Shown piece after piece: positions 1-12,946 of a stretch of 64,000 nt of DNA. Both the position numbers and the translations under genes were made by a program. The stretch's first letter is position 1; the number at the start of each line of letters is the position of its first letter. The notes under the pieces are model-generated. The model was not told where the DNA came from. It saw only the letters and a list, made by a program, of their open reading frames with translations, and did no database searches. Origin of the DNA: Octopus vulgaris (lineage: Eukaryota); NCBI GenBank assembly GCA_951406725.2, contig OX597814.1, forward strand, positions 143,592,001-143,656,000, given 5' to 3'.

Positions 1-119
1 ACCGCCTTAATGGATTTAAGTAATGTTTCGGTAGGTCTTATGGCTAAGTTCATATCCTCCTACGAGAGTCGACTGGGTGTTCATGAGATTAACTTGCTTC
101 TGCTATCTTCCTCTTGATA

Positions 120-300
120 AGGGTTTCAAATTTTAGCACCAAGCCTGCAATTTCGGGAGAGTAGGTAAGTCGATTACATCGACCCCAGTGCTCAACTGGT
201 ACTTATTTTTATCGACCCCATAAAGATGAAAGGTAAAATCGACCTCGGTAGAATTTGAACTCAGAACGCCAAGTCAGAAGAAACGCCGCTAAGCATTTTC
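120..300 (-). mobile_element. tRNA-derived SINE, family A, partial
   Basis: Matches the full-length copies at 7471-7708 and 60221-60457 (gtcgattacatcgaccccagtg...gaatttgaactcagaacg). Confidence 0.85.
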
Positions 301-380
301 TTCCTCTAGATATAGACACATACACTGCTCAAAGATGAAAATTTCAAAGGAAACCCTAATTATTCGAAATCAATAGATAA

Positions 381-388
381 CTACTACT

Positions 389-450
<62 letters not shown>

Positions 451-490
451 AACCACGCCACCATCACTACCACTACCACCGCCCTACTAG
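381..490. repeat. (CTA)n/(CCA)n microsatellite
   Basis: Direct reading. Confidence 0.95.
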
Positions 491-941
491 TATGAGCCAA
501 AATGTGAGCCTCTAAGCAGACGATCAACTCGCTAAAATAGCAGCCAAATATTTCTCAAATTACATTCCTCACTCTTAAAAAAGGGCTCATTGGCTTACAT
601 CGTTCCATATACCTTCATGAAGACGAGATGGTCACGGCTGGAAAACTGCTGATCATAGGTTTTGCTCAGGGTTGACCAAAACACTACTACTACTACTAAG
701 AAGCTTTTATGAGGTGGAAGACCCACCCACCGAAAAAATCCTAACGTACTATGTTAAGTAAGGGTAGAGGTGAAACACGCATTAGGGAAGGTATTCTGAG
801 ACAAAAGACAGGTAGATTTGATGATGGATCAGGACTAACCTAGGGCTAAGCAACAACACCAGTGACAAGAAAAATAGCTACTACCACCACTACCATCACT
901 ACTGCTACTATTATTACTACTAGTATTTCTACTACTGCTGC

Positions 942-1340
942 TTTGTTTGTTTGTTTGTTGAGCGAAGCGGTTTTCGTCCCAGAGCTCGCAAGATCGCGCC
1001 TCTGTAGTGGGAGAAGTCCGAAACGTGGTCCTTTGCTATTCGTAAGACCCGCAGAAAAGAAAGCAGGTCAACCCCCGACACCGAGAGCGTCGACGGATGG
1101 ATAAATGCGCATCCAGGCTCAGCGGTTGCATAGGAAGTCAGGGACAAGAAACAGGAAGAAAGAGTGAGAGAAAGTTGGAGCGAAAGAGTACAACTGGGGT
1201 CGCCACACCCCCTGCCGGAGCCTCGTGGAGCTTTAGGTGTTTTCGCTCAATAAACACACACAACGCCCGGTCTGGGAATCGAAACCGCGATCCTCCGACC
1301 GCGAGTCCGCTGCCCTAAATATTGGGCCATTGCGACTCCA
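942..1340 (-). mobile_element. tRNA-derived SINE, family D (reminiscent of octopus OR-type), full length with (AAAC)n tail
   Basis: Minus strand begins with a tRNA-like head (tggcccaatatttagggcagcggactcgcggtcggaggatcgcggtttcgattccc) with A/B boxes. A related head lies at 56925-57035. Confidence 0.8.
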
Positions 1341-1367
1341 CTGCTACTGCTGCTGCTGCTACTACTA

Positions 1368-1443
<76 letters not shown>
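1341..1443. repeat. (CTG)n/(CTA)n microsatellite
   Basis: Direct reading; explains the poly-C/S/A ORFs. Confidence 0.95.
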
Positions 1444-1446
<3 letters not shown>

Positions 1447-1884
1447 TAATGGAGCTCGTATAGAAAATCGTGATTTTCAAATGTTTTCCCGAAGGATAAT
1501 CAGTGTAAATGAATTGGAAATCGAAACCAGGTGACAGATAGTCTGTTGGTCACGATATTATTGCAACCTTATATCTACCCACACAATACGATACATTTAC
1601 GAAGTTTCAGATTCGTTGGGTGTTGTGGTTCTTTATGTATTCCTTAGGAGCAGTATTATTGATTTCATTCCTTCTTACATCAGCAAATGTAATTCAGTAA
1701 TGTTGTTCACTTTTACATCAACAAAATCTTCCTTTACTCCTAAATAATCCGCTGCAAAAGTAATTAGAAAGAAAAATTAATCACGCTCTTTAACAGGTGA
1801 TGTGTGGTTAAAACGTTTGTCTTACAATCTTGTTATCAGAGGTTCGGCGTAACAGCGTAGCCTGCTACCGAAACTTCCTCACGA

Positions 1885-2156
1885 TGTAGCACATTGGACA
1901 TTTTTACTCCTCTTCAGAGCGCGGCACATTGGGCATGAAGTATTTTCTACTCTTCTCTCCTTATTCACGTAAGAACGCGGCACATTTGGCATCATGTGTT
2001 TTCTGCTCTTCTATCTTCCCAACATCGTTGCACATTGGGCATATATTGTTTTCAACAACTCTTCTAACTTCGCAAGAGCTTAGCACATTGGGCTTATCAT
2101 GTTTTCTGCCTCCTCTACCCTAACATCGTTAAGAGTGCGGTACACTAAGCATATGT
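1885..2156 (+). repeat. Degenerate ~35-57 bp tandem array derived from a SINE internal segment
   Basis: About six units with core gcacattgggcat..gttttct, similar to family B gcgtggcaccttgggcaagtgtcttct. Confidence 0.6.
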
Positions 2157-2340
2157 GAAGGCGCATGGCTTAGTGGTTAGAGTGTTAGTTCATGACGGTC
2201 TGATTATGGTTTCGATTCTTGGACCGGGCGAATCGTTGTGGCCTTGAGTAAAAAAAAAAATATTTCATGTTGCTCCAGCCCACTCAGCTGGTAGAAATAA
2301 GTAATCCTGTGACGGACCCGCGTCTTGTCCAGCAATATGT
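2157..2340 (+). mobile_element. tRNA-derived SINE, family C
   Basis: Head ggcgcatggcttagtggttagag...ggtttcgattc, then tttcatgttgctccagcccactcagctg. Homologous to 29303, 41557, 49140 and 60600. Confidence 0.8.
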
Positions 2341-2377
2341 ACACTAGAGAAACTGCGAAAAATGTAGACTAACCTAA

Positions 2378-2788
2378 CGGAGTGGCTGTGTGGTATGTAG
2401 CTTGCTTACCAACCACATGGTTCCAGGTTCAGTCCCACTGCGTGGCACCTTGGGCAAGTGTCTTCTACTATAGCCTCGGGCCGACCAAAGCCTTGTGAGT
2501 GGATTTGGTAGACGGAAACTGAAAGAAGCCCGTCGTATATATGTATATATATATGCATGTGTGTATGTGTTTGTGTGTCTGTGTTTGTCCCCCTAGCATT
2601 GCTTGACAACCGATGCTGGTGTGTTTACGTCCCCGTAACTTAGCGGTTCGGCAAAAGAGACCAATAGAATAAATACTGGGCTTACAAAGAATAAGACCCG
2701 GGGTCGATTTGCTCGACTAAAGGCGGTGCTCCAGCATGGCCGCAGTCAAATGACTGAAACAAGTAAAAGAGTAAAAGAGTAAAGAGTA
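2378..2788 (+). mobile_element. tRNA-derived CORE-like SINE, family B, full length
   Basis: Head gagtggctgtgtggt...ggttcagtccca, CORE-like accttgggcaagtg, internal TA/TG microsatellite and (AAAAGAGT)-like tail. Many other copies in the window. Confidence 0.88.
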
Positions 2789-3304
2789 ACCCATAACATT
2801 GAACATATATCGTTTTCTAATCTTCTACCTTAATTTTGTAACAGCGTGACACATCGGACATTGTGTGTTTCTAGTTTTCTATCGTAACTTCGATACGACG
2901 TAAGCCTTGGGCAGATGGAACTAGTATGGAAGCCTGTCGAATTGACTATGCTTGATAGGACGCGTTTTCTCCTAGTTTAACCCATCCACTTATCCTTTGA
3001 TCTCGGAGCTTCTGCATGTCATGAATGCTCACTTTCATCCTCTGACTCAGGAAATTTATAATTTGAAGAAACATAATTAATCAGCGGGGAACTTGACAGC
3101 TTAATCACACAGTTTTCGTAATATCTCAAATCAATCTTAAAAGTTTTCGTCTATAAAGTTTTTGCAGATCCTTGGCGACAAAATATGTGGGAAGATACGA
3201 AAACGGATTTACATGTATGGATCAAAACAGTTTGATTCAAATTCGTTGGTACATACATACGTACTGGAAAAAACAAAAATGCCTGGTATTTAATTATAGA
3301 ATCA

Positions 3305-3750
<446 letters not shown>

Positions 3751-3760
3751 ATATATATAT

Positions 3761-4342
3761 TGATTGATTGATTGATTGATTCTAGTTTCAGCTTATGAGC
3801 TGTGGCCATGCTGGGGCACCGCCATTTGGTGTTGCTACTTGGTTTCACTTCATGGAGGCTTTCTAGCAACTGCTATTTGGTGCATGAGAGAGTTCGATGC
3901 AGCTGCCCTCATCTGCCCCTCCTGCCGTGAAGTTGGTTCATCTGGGACACCTGACAGGAAGTGATCCAGCTTCATTTTAAAGACATCTGTATCCACCCCA
4001 TGCAGGTCTCTCAGGTTCTTCGGGAGGATATTGAAGAGCTGTGGGCCTCGGAAGCCCAGGCTATCACAGAATCTTGTCCTACATCTTGATGGCAGGTTTG
4101 GAGTCCTAGGCACCACGCAGTGGCGCCCAGTTCTGGCATTTGCGTAACTCTCGATGCCAAAGTTCAGGACACTTCCCTCCAGGATCTTCCAGATGTATAT
4201 TATGGCATATCTTTCCCGCCTACGCTCCAGGGAATATAATTTTAATCTCTTGAGTCTTTCCCAGTAGCTTACATTCTGCATAGAGGCTATCTTCTTTGTG
4301 TAGCTTCGTTGGATCGCCTCAAGTTCTGTGATCAACTTGACA
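3761..4342 (-). mobile_element. 5'-truncated LINE (CR1/L2 group), ORF2 C-terminus with 3' UTR and (TCAA)n tail
   Basis: Open frame 3850-4342 with LEAIQRSYTK...YWERLKRLKLYSLERRRERY...GPQLFNILP, typical of the post-RT region. Inserted in (TA)n. Confidence 0.88.
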
Positions 4343-4529
4343 CTATATATATATATATATATAGTTTTTAATGTGTGTTGGTCAATAAGTTTTTGGTTTA
4401 GATGGAATACCAAAAATACGGTCCACGGGCCGGAAATCCCCACAACAATGTTTTACTCGAACCCTGACTCAATTTTATTAAAATATTAATATAATTACTA
4501 TTATTTTTATTTTGAATTTTGAAATATCA

Positions 4530-4830
4530 CTAGTTCGGCTGTGTGGCTAAGAAGCTTCCTTTGCCGTCTCTTGGTTTCGGGTTCAGTACCTTTTACTACA
4601 GTGCTGGACCAACCAGACTCTGTGAGTGAATTTGGTAGATGAAAACTGTGTGGAAACCCGCTGTAAATGTATATACGTATGCGCGTGTCTTTGGAATTGT
4701 GTGTATTCCCCTCACACACTATAACAACCGGTTTTAAAAACAAGTACTAGTGTAGATTTGCTCGATTGTACGCTTCAAAATAGTGCCCAGTGTATTCGCA
4801 GTGCAACAACTGAAACATGCAAAAGAAAAA
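4530..4830 (+). mobile_element. SINE family B, degraded
   Basis: ggctgtgtggctaagaagctt...ggttcagt...tttggtagatgaaaactg...actgaaacatgcaaaaga. Confidence 0.75.
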
Positions 4831-5454
4831 ACACGAAAGATAGCATTTGCTCAGAATTAGAACCCGGATAGAATTGTAACACTAGTTCCGATTAGTCAAA
4901 TCAGTGTACCTTAACAGATCTTTTGTCATCTCAGCCACTGAAAAAGAAGCTTATATATCCATCTGCAAAAAGATGAACTCTTGCCCCACCTTGCAAGCGA
5001 AAGTTGTTGATCGTTTTGTTTTTGTTTTTATTCTTACATTTAAACACCAGTTCAGCCGAATCGTTTCTGCTGATAGGAACAGTATTGAGTGCTTTTGCGG
5101 TTGCAGCTGAGAGTGCTTTCTATCAAACTATGGTCTCCTTAAACACTGTAAATATACATTTAAACATCTTCGTTCTCTCTCAAAGGACTCGTACTTAGCA
5201 GGACTACATATATATGTATGTGTGTGTGTGTGTGTGTGTGTATATATACGAGTGTGTGAACACACGAAATAAAAGCACTCAATAATTTATTGGGAGTTAC
5301 ATGTATGGATCAAAATAGTTTGATTCAAATTCGTTGGTATTCTTGAGTTTTCAAGCGTGATGCTCTTTGTCAGCCATTTTGAATTTGAATTTGAATGACA
5401 GAAGTTGATTGTTATTACCGTAAGGTGGGCTTCAGTATTACAATCCATTATATA

Positions 5455-6346
5455 CCAGGGCGTACCCAAAGGAAGCTGAAATTTTGCAATATTTTTTTTT
5501 CACATAGTTTTACATTTTTACACTTTTATCGCCTGCAAAGTTTTCTCCATTTGAAGCAATGCATTGGCCCAGACGCGTTTCCACTGTTCCAAGCAGTGCT
5601 GGAACTCTTGGAAAGTGATGCTTCTTAACACCTCCGTCGTGTTTTGTTTTCACCTTTATCATATCTGCAAATTTCGTTGCACCAGCTTTCGTTGCCAGTG
5701 ATGAACTCCGAAAAAAGGTCCGAATCAACTTCCAACTGCTCTTTCAGTTCACCACATGTATTTACTTGTGACTGTTTTTGATCTTCCGTGAGCAAGTGAG
5801 GCACAAATTTTGCTGCAACTCTTTTCGTTTGCAATTCCTCGTTCAAAACTTGCTGGCAAGAGCTACAGAACACAGCAGTCATATCAACAAGTTCGTCAAT
5901 TGTTCGGTAGTGGTCCTTCAAGATCAGTTCATGAATTTTCGTGATGTTTTCATTCGTTCGGGAGGTCGGCGGTCGCCCTAAACGAGGTGGCTCCTCAAGC
6001 GACAAGTGACCATTTCTAAAACGTGAAAACCACTCGTAAATTTGTGTTTTGCTTATGGTAGCGGTTTTGTAAGCTGTTTGAAGCATGACAACTGTTTCGG
6101 CTGCTGTTTTCCTCTGCAGAAAACAGAATTTCACGGAAGCACACTATTCCTTTGTTTCAGCCATCGCAAAAATCGATGAAGAGGGAACACAAAGACGCAC
6201 CTTGTGGAAGTAGATCATACTGGAAAACGCCGTTCAGCAGACAGAAGCCTGGGGGTCATATCAAGTGGCTCCTAGCAGCGGAAGCCTGAACTACAACGGG
6301 CTTGACCCACAGAGAACGTTTCCGGTTACTTTTGGGTACCCCCGGG
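5455..6346 (-). mobile_element. Internally deleted mariner DNA transposon
   Basis: Imperfect TIRs (ccagggcgtacccaaagg / tttgggtacccccggg) with TA flanks. ORF 5625-6134 has HTH (KFCF..IYEWFSRF..GRP), AKFVPHLLT and ITGNESW; the catalytic core is missing. Confidence 0.88.
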
Positions 6347-6589
6347 TAGTTGTTGTAGATGTAGTGATGTGAGATACATATTAGAGTTTAAAATTCTGAA
6401 AATTTTGCTTGCAGAATTTTTATATAATAAATATATACAATATTATTTAATTTTCTGTCTAAAGAATCTCTGATAGGAAAGTTCTTACATGTTTATCCAA
6501 CATGTAACAATTTTGTGATTTCTATTAGCAAATGAAACATTTGTAATGCTGAATAAATAATATCAAATAATTTTCCAACTTCTAAAATA

Positions 6590-6636
<47 letters not shown>

Positions 6637-6841
6637 GCCCACAGGGGGCTAAACACAGAGAGGACAAATAGGTTAAGTCGATTACATCGACCCCAGTGCG
6701 TAACTGGTACTTATTTAATCAACCCCGAAAGGATAAAAGGCAAAGTCCGTCTCGGCAGAATTTGAACTCAGAACGTAGCGGCAGACGAAATACCTATTTC
6801 TTTACTACCCACAAGGAGCTAAACACAGAGAGGACAAACAA
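6637..6841 (-). mobile_element. SINE family A, head-to-tail partial dimer
   Basis: One copy's tail is fused into the next at gaaatacc|tatttcttt (~6787-6803). Confidence 0.8.
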
Positions 6842-7470
6842 TATATAACAAATGAATAAGTTGTCACACATCTCTGAACACAAACTTTGCTAATAGTTCT
6901 TATCCCTTCCTTTCGTAACGTAAATATACTCCTTTATCTATTTATTTTAGCCTACATTATGGGTTAGGTTTTTTTAAATATCTATCCCTATATAATCCGT
7001 GAGTTCTAGTTATCCCAATTCGTAAACCAGGCAAGTTTCATAGCCTGGTGTCATTTGATACACAGGATGGTAACAAATAGACTGGAAAGACGCTCTACTT
7101 TTTAAATGAAGTTAATTAAAGATAGAGGAAAAGAGCCCGCTACTTCTCAGACTGATGAAATTGAAAAGGCTGAATATTTATAGGTCAACGTCTGCAGGAA
7201 AGATGTGGATCACGAAGGAATTGCAGTGGGTTGTGCCTCCGAGGTGAAATAGTTTCACAGAATAAACTGATACGGGATCTGGGCGTTGAGGAGAGAAGAG
7301 GGAAGGGTTTGAATAAGTCTTGTAGATACCTGTCTCTGAGAAGTAGAAGCTGTTGTAACAGTAATGAATATCCGTCGATTTCGACGTGAGTATTCAGTTG
7401 CTTGATCAACTGAACTAACTTTGCATTGAATTAATATTTATTTTTATTTTTTCTTGGGCCCAAGGACTCA

Positions 7471-7708
7471 TACCTATTTCTTTACTACCCACAAGGGGCT
7501 AAGCACAGAGAGGACAAACAAGGACAGACAAACGGATTAAGTCGATTATATCGACCATAGTGCGTAACTGGTACTTATTTAATCGGCCTCGAAAGGATGA
7601 AAGGCAAAGTCGACCTCGGCGGAATTTGAACTCAGAACGTAGCGGTAGACGAAATACCGCTAAGCATTTCGCCCGGCGTGCTAATGTTTCTGCCAGCTCA
7701 CCGCCTTA
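7471..7708 (-). mobile_element. SINE family A, full length with ~21-bp TSD
   Basis: tRNA-like head aaggcggtgagctggcagaa...gagttcaaattcc. Flanks ttgggcccaaggactcatacc (7454-7474) and ttgggtccaaggactcatacc (7709-7729). Confidence 0.92.
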
Positions 7709-7719
7709 TTGGGTCCAAG

Positions 7720-8230
7720 GACTCATACCACCAGTTGCCCGGTTTCCCTGGTGGATAAGTGATTGAATTACAGCAGTCCCTCCTAACGAGACGCAGGCCC
7801 GTTGCCGGATTCAAAGCCAGCAGCTGTGAAGCAAGTGGACAAGTCGATTACATCGATTCAAGTTCTTCACAGATACTTTGTTTTATCAACTCCGAAAAGG
7901 ACGCCAAGCAAAGTTCGCCTCACCGAGGTTTGAACTCTCAGAATGCAAAGAGCCGACAGAAAGCATTTTTTCCGCTGTGCTACCTATTTTGCCTGCTCGC
8001 CGCCTTTCCATTGTAATAATAACTGACCATCACAGAAACGCGTATCTCTCAGGCAGAATGTGATATATTGTATGACAAGGCTGGATCTGTGAAATACAGG
8101 TACACTCCAACAAGCTTCCTACTTTTACTCCTAAGGTGTGAATCACGTCTAGGCTATAGTAAAAGACGCTTGCCCAAAATATCACGGAGTGAGATCGACC
8201 TCAGGACCTTAAGATTTCGAAAGAATTTCT
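7720..8230 (-). mobile_element. Cluster of degraded SINE fragments (families C, A, B)
   Basis: cccggtttccctgg; gtcgattacatcgat...ggtttgaactctcagaa; ggctatagtaaaagacgcttgccca. Confidence 0.6.
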
Positions 8231-8299
8231 TAATTATTCATTATTACTGCATCGGTGGAACCAGTTGTCGTACTGAAATAGTATGTCCCTGTGAACGAA

Positions 8300-8560
8300 C
8301 TGCTGAGCCTCAGCTTTTACCAGGATTGAATAAATTTATAATCGAAAGTCAATTTTCCCATGACAATAATGATTTTTATTGCGTTATGTTGGACTACATT
8401 ATCAAATGTGTCATTTCTATTCCAAGATGGTAGTAATTGCTTTGAGGAAAATTTGTCTACTACAACCAGCAGCTCGAGCGACAACACTGAGGTCACCTTG
8501 TTGGATTCGGAGCTAGTTAGTTGTGTTGGTGTGTAGATCATTAGCAAACAGGGGAGTAGT
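8300..8560 (-). pseudogene. Possible LINE (RTE-like) AP-endonuclease remnant
   Basis: IYTPT...IIIVMGKL resembles the IYAPT...IIVMGDFN motifs; heavily decayed. Confidence 0.3.
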
Positions 8561-8795
8561 CTTTCTTTTCAATTGCAATCTAGAAACTTTGTATGTGAAG
8601 GAGCAGCATTGTTCAAGGTAAATAAGCAGTTTACCAATATACACAGAAAGAACTATCTCAAAACACAGTGCCTTAAACAGAAGGTTTTGGTTTTGTTGAG
8701 ATAGTGAAGGTGGTCGTCGTGATAGTGGGTTGCTGGGGAAGCTATTTGAATACGCAATATTTCTTTAAAATCTTTTTAATAGAAATGTTTGTTAT

Positions 8796-8872
<77 letters not shown>

Positions 8873-9259
8873 AGAAAAAGAAAACATTTATGATGAGATA
8901 TCCAGCTTCATTTCAAGTTTATTTCTACACTAGATAATGTGGTCATTTCTTTCTCTAAACTTACAAAATTACTGAAAAATCAACTAAAACGTTAATATTG
9001 TAACCAAGTCAAAATAGAGGACTGAGTAATTATAATAGAAATTCAGCTCACGCCAGCGTAACTGCTAAAGTAAACATAAGATAAAATCTGGTATTATTCT
9101 TACGGCAAGGTCATAAAATGGAGCGTTGTAGATTCAACAAACTCTAATAGTGTACATTACCTCATGCTTTTCAATGCGGTATTCAACTAAAAGCCTTTAT
9201 GCTTTTTTGTCTAAGTCTCGCCGAGATCGAATTTGCTGTCACTCTCCCCCGTACCCATA

Positions 9260-9420
9260 AATTTCTTTCTACAACAGGCACATGGCCTGAAACTTTGGGG
9301 AAGGAGTCAAGTCAATTATATCGACCCCCAGTGCACAGCTGGTATCTATTTCATCGATACCCAACGAATGAAAGGCAAAGTCAATCTTGGCGGAATTTGA
9401 AATCAGAATATAAGGACGAG
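9260..9420 (-). mobile_element. SINE family A, partial
   Basis: tatcgacccccagtgc...gaatgaaaggcaaagtc...ggaatttgaa. Confidence 0.75.
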
Positions 9421-9429
9421 CGATTTGTA

Positions 9430-11365
9430 TCAGGTGTTACTTCAGTGTTTCGTCTACTGTATTTAATATACGTGATGTATGCTTAGTTATAATATTTCTG
9501 GGTGGTATTTGTGTTTCGTATATGATGTGTGCTTGGTGTTACGTGAATTAAAATCAGGTGGTGATTGTTTCGAATATATGCCGTTTTTGATTGTGTTATG
9601 TTAATGGGTGGCCACTGTATAGAATGTAATTTGGTGATATAGTGTCAGATATCAATTATAGAAAAGTATGTTATTCCATTCGGTGGGTGCTGTACAGAGC
9701 ATGAGTTCTGTTATAATATTTAGTGGAGATTCTTTTAGTATGCGTGTTGTAAGGATAGGTCTTTTGTTTATTTTTTGCGTTTAATTTAGCGTATTATCTT
9801 ACCGTGTTTTTCTGATTGTGGCAGGTTTAACTCTTTTAGGATCAATTCCCGAGTAACTCAATACTAGGAAGATTAAATAATTCGATCAGGTGATATCGGT
9901 GCTACTCTATTGGGTGGTGCTTTTATAGGGTATATGTTTTGTGCAGAGAGGCGGGGAGTTGGCTAGAATGCACTCACAGTATTTGTTCCGACTTTGAAAC
10001 GATCTGAGTTCGTAACACTAATTTCAGCTTCGTCATCTGACGTTGATAAAAAAAAAGTGCTTACCAAAAGTAATAGATAAGCAGAATTGTTGACATATTT
10101 TATGGTATTTATTGTGTCTACTTCACCTGTGGTGAAACTGGTTTCCACCCAAGTTGGTTGCCTTTACCTTAAAAAAAAAAAAACCCCAGATATGGCGTGA
10201 AGATATGAGAAATTGCTGGTCTTTCTCAGAACATCTGGTTGCGCCCGCATATTCATAGGTTAATGCATACTCAACATTGACCTACGGAAGCCCAACATAT
10301 CTACAGAAAGTGTACAGGCCAATCAAATTGAAATTCTTTTGCGTTAGATGCAGGATATGACTTGGACTGCGACTTTTATGATTTTGGTTATATTTTATAT
10401 TTACCATTATTTTAGTGCTTCTATAATAATTGTTAATGTATTTACTTACATGCTCTACATCCTGTATATTCTTTTCAATTTCAAGATCCATCTCTCTCAG
10501 CTAATGTTCTTATTAGGCGGGTTTGGGATGTCTGTCAGATACCTCAAACATTCAAACATTTTTGTTTCTGTCTCCGATAATGATATCTGGATGGTTTGCT
10601 TAAAACTTATTGCCAGGCTAGATAGGCATATCCCAAACGCTTGTGAATAGGTCGTTGTACTGTAGTTGGCACATCTTCATACTATTTAACCGTTTTAAAG
10701 TCAAAGTGTCGGCATATTGCCCGCTGAACACAAATACCACCCAAATAGTCTGGCAAGGACTGGGCAGTTAGTGATGATGATTTCAATTGCCGTATTGTTC
10801 TAGTTTCATCGTCTGTATTTGATATTTGGATATTTATTTACTATTATTTGTTTTAAATCTCTGAGGGCGGATAATATTCAGAAACCTAGGTTTGTGAGTA
10901 TCACGTAAGGCTAAAGATGGGAGCGATGACCCCCACTTGCAAATGTTATACGGACACAAACTGTGTGTCGACAGCCAGCTGGAAAAGATGTTTTCCTGGA
11001 GCTAAAACAGTAACATCGACCTTTATAAGACTTCCACATTCTGTTGGCATATAAACATTACTATTTACTATTATATCTACATAATTGTTCCTGGCTGGGC
11101 ATTCGTACTGTGCAATTAAACTCAGGCTTCAGTGTCTGCCGTTACCTCAGAAACATTTTGAGTAATTATATAATCTTTAGTTTCTGTCGAGTATTCATGA
11201 ATATCGGTCTTGGAATAGTTTTCCTTTTTGTTTTTGCCTCTCCAGTAGACGTTGGAGTCCCATTACAATGTTTGTCTTTTGTTGCCAAATATTTCTGTTC
11301 TTTTTTCCATTATTTAAATCTTTTCATCGGTGTAGCCAGATTTTATTTTATTTCTATTTTATCAT
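9430..11365. mobile_element. Possible decayed Penelope-like element: minus-strand ORF remnant plus plus-strand pLTR-like segment
   Basis: Minus strand near 9820-9880 reads FNLPSIEL..ILKELNL, like the PLE N-terminal NLS..L...LL.KGLNF motif. 10861-11010 starts with a decayed hammerhead and is homologous to the arms of 24503-24742. Confidence 0.35.
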
Positions 11366-11371
11366 TTCTTC

Positions 11372-11565
<194 letters not shown>

Positions 11566-12837
11566 GTTATGTGTAAAACCGAGGAGTGATAACAACCAAA
11601 TTTACAATCCAAAAGTTCGTGTTGATTTCATTCTATAAGCGCATTATCAAAGTCACAGAGATCAGCGTGCCGCTTCATAGCAATCAGGTCAGAGCGGAAG
11701 ATATGGTAGTAAAAAAGCCGTAAGAATCAAAGCAACAACAACAGCAGCAGCAACGACAACAACAATCACAATAATTACTGACTCAGCATGAGAAATATGG
11801 ACCCAAATGATATAAAAAAAAGAAAACAAATGAAGGACATAATGTTATAAAGACATCTCGTATGTGCACCAGATGTTACATGTGATTGTTGCACAGAACA
11901 TGCATTGTTGAAATAATATGAAATGATATACATGAACAAAACTGAAATGAGAATAAGAAACAAACAAAGCCATGACGGAATGAACTTATAAATGCATATT
12001 AAAAAATGGTAGAACTTAATTAGAAACAGGTCCATCCCAGAGTAGAAGAGAGTCCTTAAAGATCTTGATAACATACATGAGATTTTTCTTTTTCTAAAAA
12101 TGCAAAGGATATGACTAGTAGTCGAGACAGCAAGCTCAAATAGTGCATCTTTTGCAGAATTGACAATCTAAAGGTTTTTTCTGCACCACAGAGAACAAAA
12201 AGGGAGACGAGCGTATCTCTGTTTTGCACCGTTGTTTACATGCAACCTCACGACAGCAGCAACTAAAGCCACGATAACAGCTGTGACATTAGCGGCAAAT
12301 ACAACAACAATTGCAGTACTTTGTTAGAGGATAAGGATATTTGTAGATTCTGGTTAGCAATAAAAACCAGCCATGGATAACATAGTTAATCAGAAATAAG
12401 ACACCCGATGACGGTCCAGCGATCAAAACGACTGAAACTTAGTACGCCTGCGATCTAAATGTTTTAAGTATACATAGAATCCAGGGAAAATTCATCTTCA
12501 GAACAAGACTCATTTAGATGATAAAGAGTAAATTAGTAAAGGAAATTAGTCGGCAATTAGTCAAAAGTTGACGGCAATTAGTCAAAAGTTGTATTAATTT
12601 GTATGCCGTGAGAAAGAAGAGATAAGTATCACATAAAATAAGAATAAAAATAAATAGATAAATAAATCAAGTTACACGTTTGTGCTTCAGAGTAAAACTA
12701 ATGAACATTTCTAGCTAATGAAGGACCAATAACTGGTCGATTGATTTGCTAAAAATAGCTGGCATATTTCCCTCAAACCACTCGCTATCATCTTCAGAAT
12801 GATGAAATATTTGTGTTTTCCCAAGGGAAGCCACAAA

Positions 12838-12877
<40 letters not shown>

Positions 12878-12915
12878 TTGATTAGGAGTTGAAGATCGAC
12901 TGAGTTGGCAGTTGA

Positions 12916-12946
<31 letters not shown>

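Noticed and set aside
1265-1340. tRNA-like sequences here and at 2160, 41800, 56970 and 60221
   Set aside because: They are SINE heads continuing into SINE bodies; no complete cloverleaf.
1885-2156. Repeat-spacer-like pattern suggesting CRISPR
   Set aside because: Units are degenerate, the spacers are similar to one another, the array is SINE-derived, there are no cas genes, and the context is eukaryotic.
12399-12450. CCGATGA c ggtc..gact GAAAC tta GTA
   Set aside because: Hammerhead-like core, but stem I does not pair; at best a relic.
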